In this document: positions 63,230 through 64,000 of the stretch, one piece after another
Position numbering within the stretch: the first letter of the stretch is position 1
How the letters are laid out: the number at the start of each line of letters is the position of its first letter
From: Takakia lepidozioides
Lineage: Eukaryota; Plantae; Bryophyta
Direction: 5' to 3'
NCBI GenBank assembly: GCA_030704615.1
Contig: CM060732.1
Location: 54,374,001 to 54,438,000, forward strand
Length of the DNA stretch: 64,000 nucleotides
Notes under the pieces: model-generated
What the model was told of the DNA's origin: nothing
Databases searched by the model: none
The model's input: only the letters and a program-made list of their open reading frames with translations
Made by a program: the position numbers and the translations under genes

Positions 63230-63475
63230 ACTGGTCGGACTTGAATTGTGTTATGTATAGACAATTCTCCGTTCTAGAGAATTTTCCGAGATGAGTAGGA
63301 CATTGGAGGGACTTTGGGACCTACTCGTCGGACTTTGAAGCGTTAAACTGCTGTCTAAACAATTTTTCGAGACGAGTCCAACATTGTAGGGACTTTCGGA
63401 CCTACTTGTCGGACTTTCGGACCTGCAGTGTAAGCAATTTTTCGCAACATGGGAGGGACTTTCGGACTTTCAAAA
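63230..63475. repeat. Array of ggactttcggacc motifs with ~80-bp higher-order spacing, resembling transposon subterminal repeats
   Basis: gggactttcggacctacttgtcggactt-like units near 63308, 63388 and 63455. Confidence 0.6.
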
Positions 63476-64000
63476 GTCCATCCGTCCTACGCCTTGATGC
63501 GTTTGATGGTGGGAACATTGTAATAAGATGCTTTGGACAAAGTCAGAGATGTCAGACGGAAATTTGCAAGGGACCCACGGTTACCAAATTAGGGTTCCGG
63601 TCAAAGGCAAGCGTGGGGCCCCGCCCTCAATGGTACCCTATGTTCTTACCTTCCATCCGTCAAATGTCGGTTGTCGGATGTAATATATTGTTCATCCATC
63701 TTTATCCACACAATTACCTGCTATAAGGGATTTTCCAGATGGATGAAGTGGAGGCTCAACGAATGAAAACGTACTTCATTGCCCAGGCGCGTGTTGGTTG
63801 ACGGCGTGGATAACGTGGCCTGCTTTAAACCTCTATTATTATATTATATTTTACTTCCTTTTCTCTATTTTTATAGTATATGATATATTTCTTACTTCTA
63901 TGCTTTCGGTCGGTAGAATTTATCTATCATTTATAATGTTGTGGCTAATTTCAGCTCATTTTGTGGAGGATATTAGCTCGTCATGGATGACCTCATTTTA

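Overview
Eukaryotic nuclear DNA from a land plant. A bryophyte or other seed-free lineage is inferred from the PLS-DYW PPR gene, the phototropin and a Tcn1/Tf1-like chromovirus. Four host genes were reconstructed by hand: a 5'-incomplete PLS-class PPR-E-DYW RNA-editing factor (<1-1698, +), a 19-exon STE20/MAP4K-alpha kinase (8706-17371, +), a 23-exon phototropin (31490-43059, +) and a 6-exon UND-U-box-ARM E3 ligase (59331-55632, -). The intergenic DNA holds nested retroelements: two tRNA-derived SINE families, LINE remnants, a deleted chromovirus with intact LTRs, a TSD and an apparent self-priming PBS, and a decayed nuclease-plus-kinase gene resembling Crinkler-type effectors. The strongest novelty candidates are very small retroposed structured RNAs: (i) an 87-nt, tRNA-less element with a fixed 5' end that folds into a covarying three-way junction with an AGUA/GAA loop-E motif and is also the body of one SINE family; (ii) that SINE inserted twice at the same nucleotide of another SINE; (iii) two independent 45-47-bp insertions with 16-bp TSDs and identical ends in phototropin introns. 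Many introns also show inverted base polarity, with a pyrimidine-rich 5' end and a G/purine-rich acceptor region. All alignments and folds were done by eye; no database searches were run.
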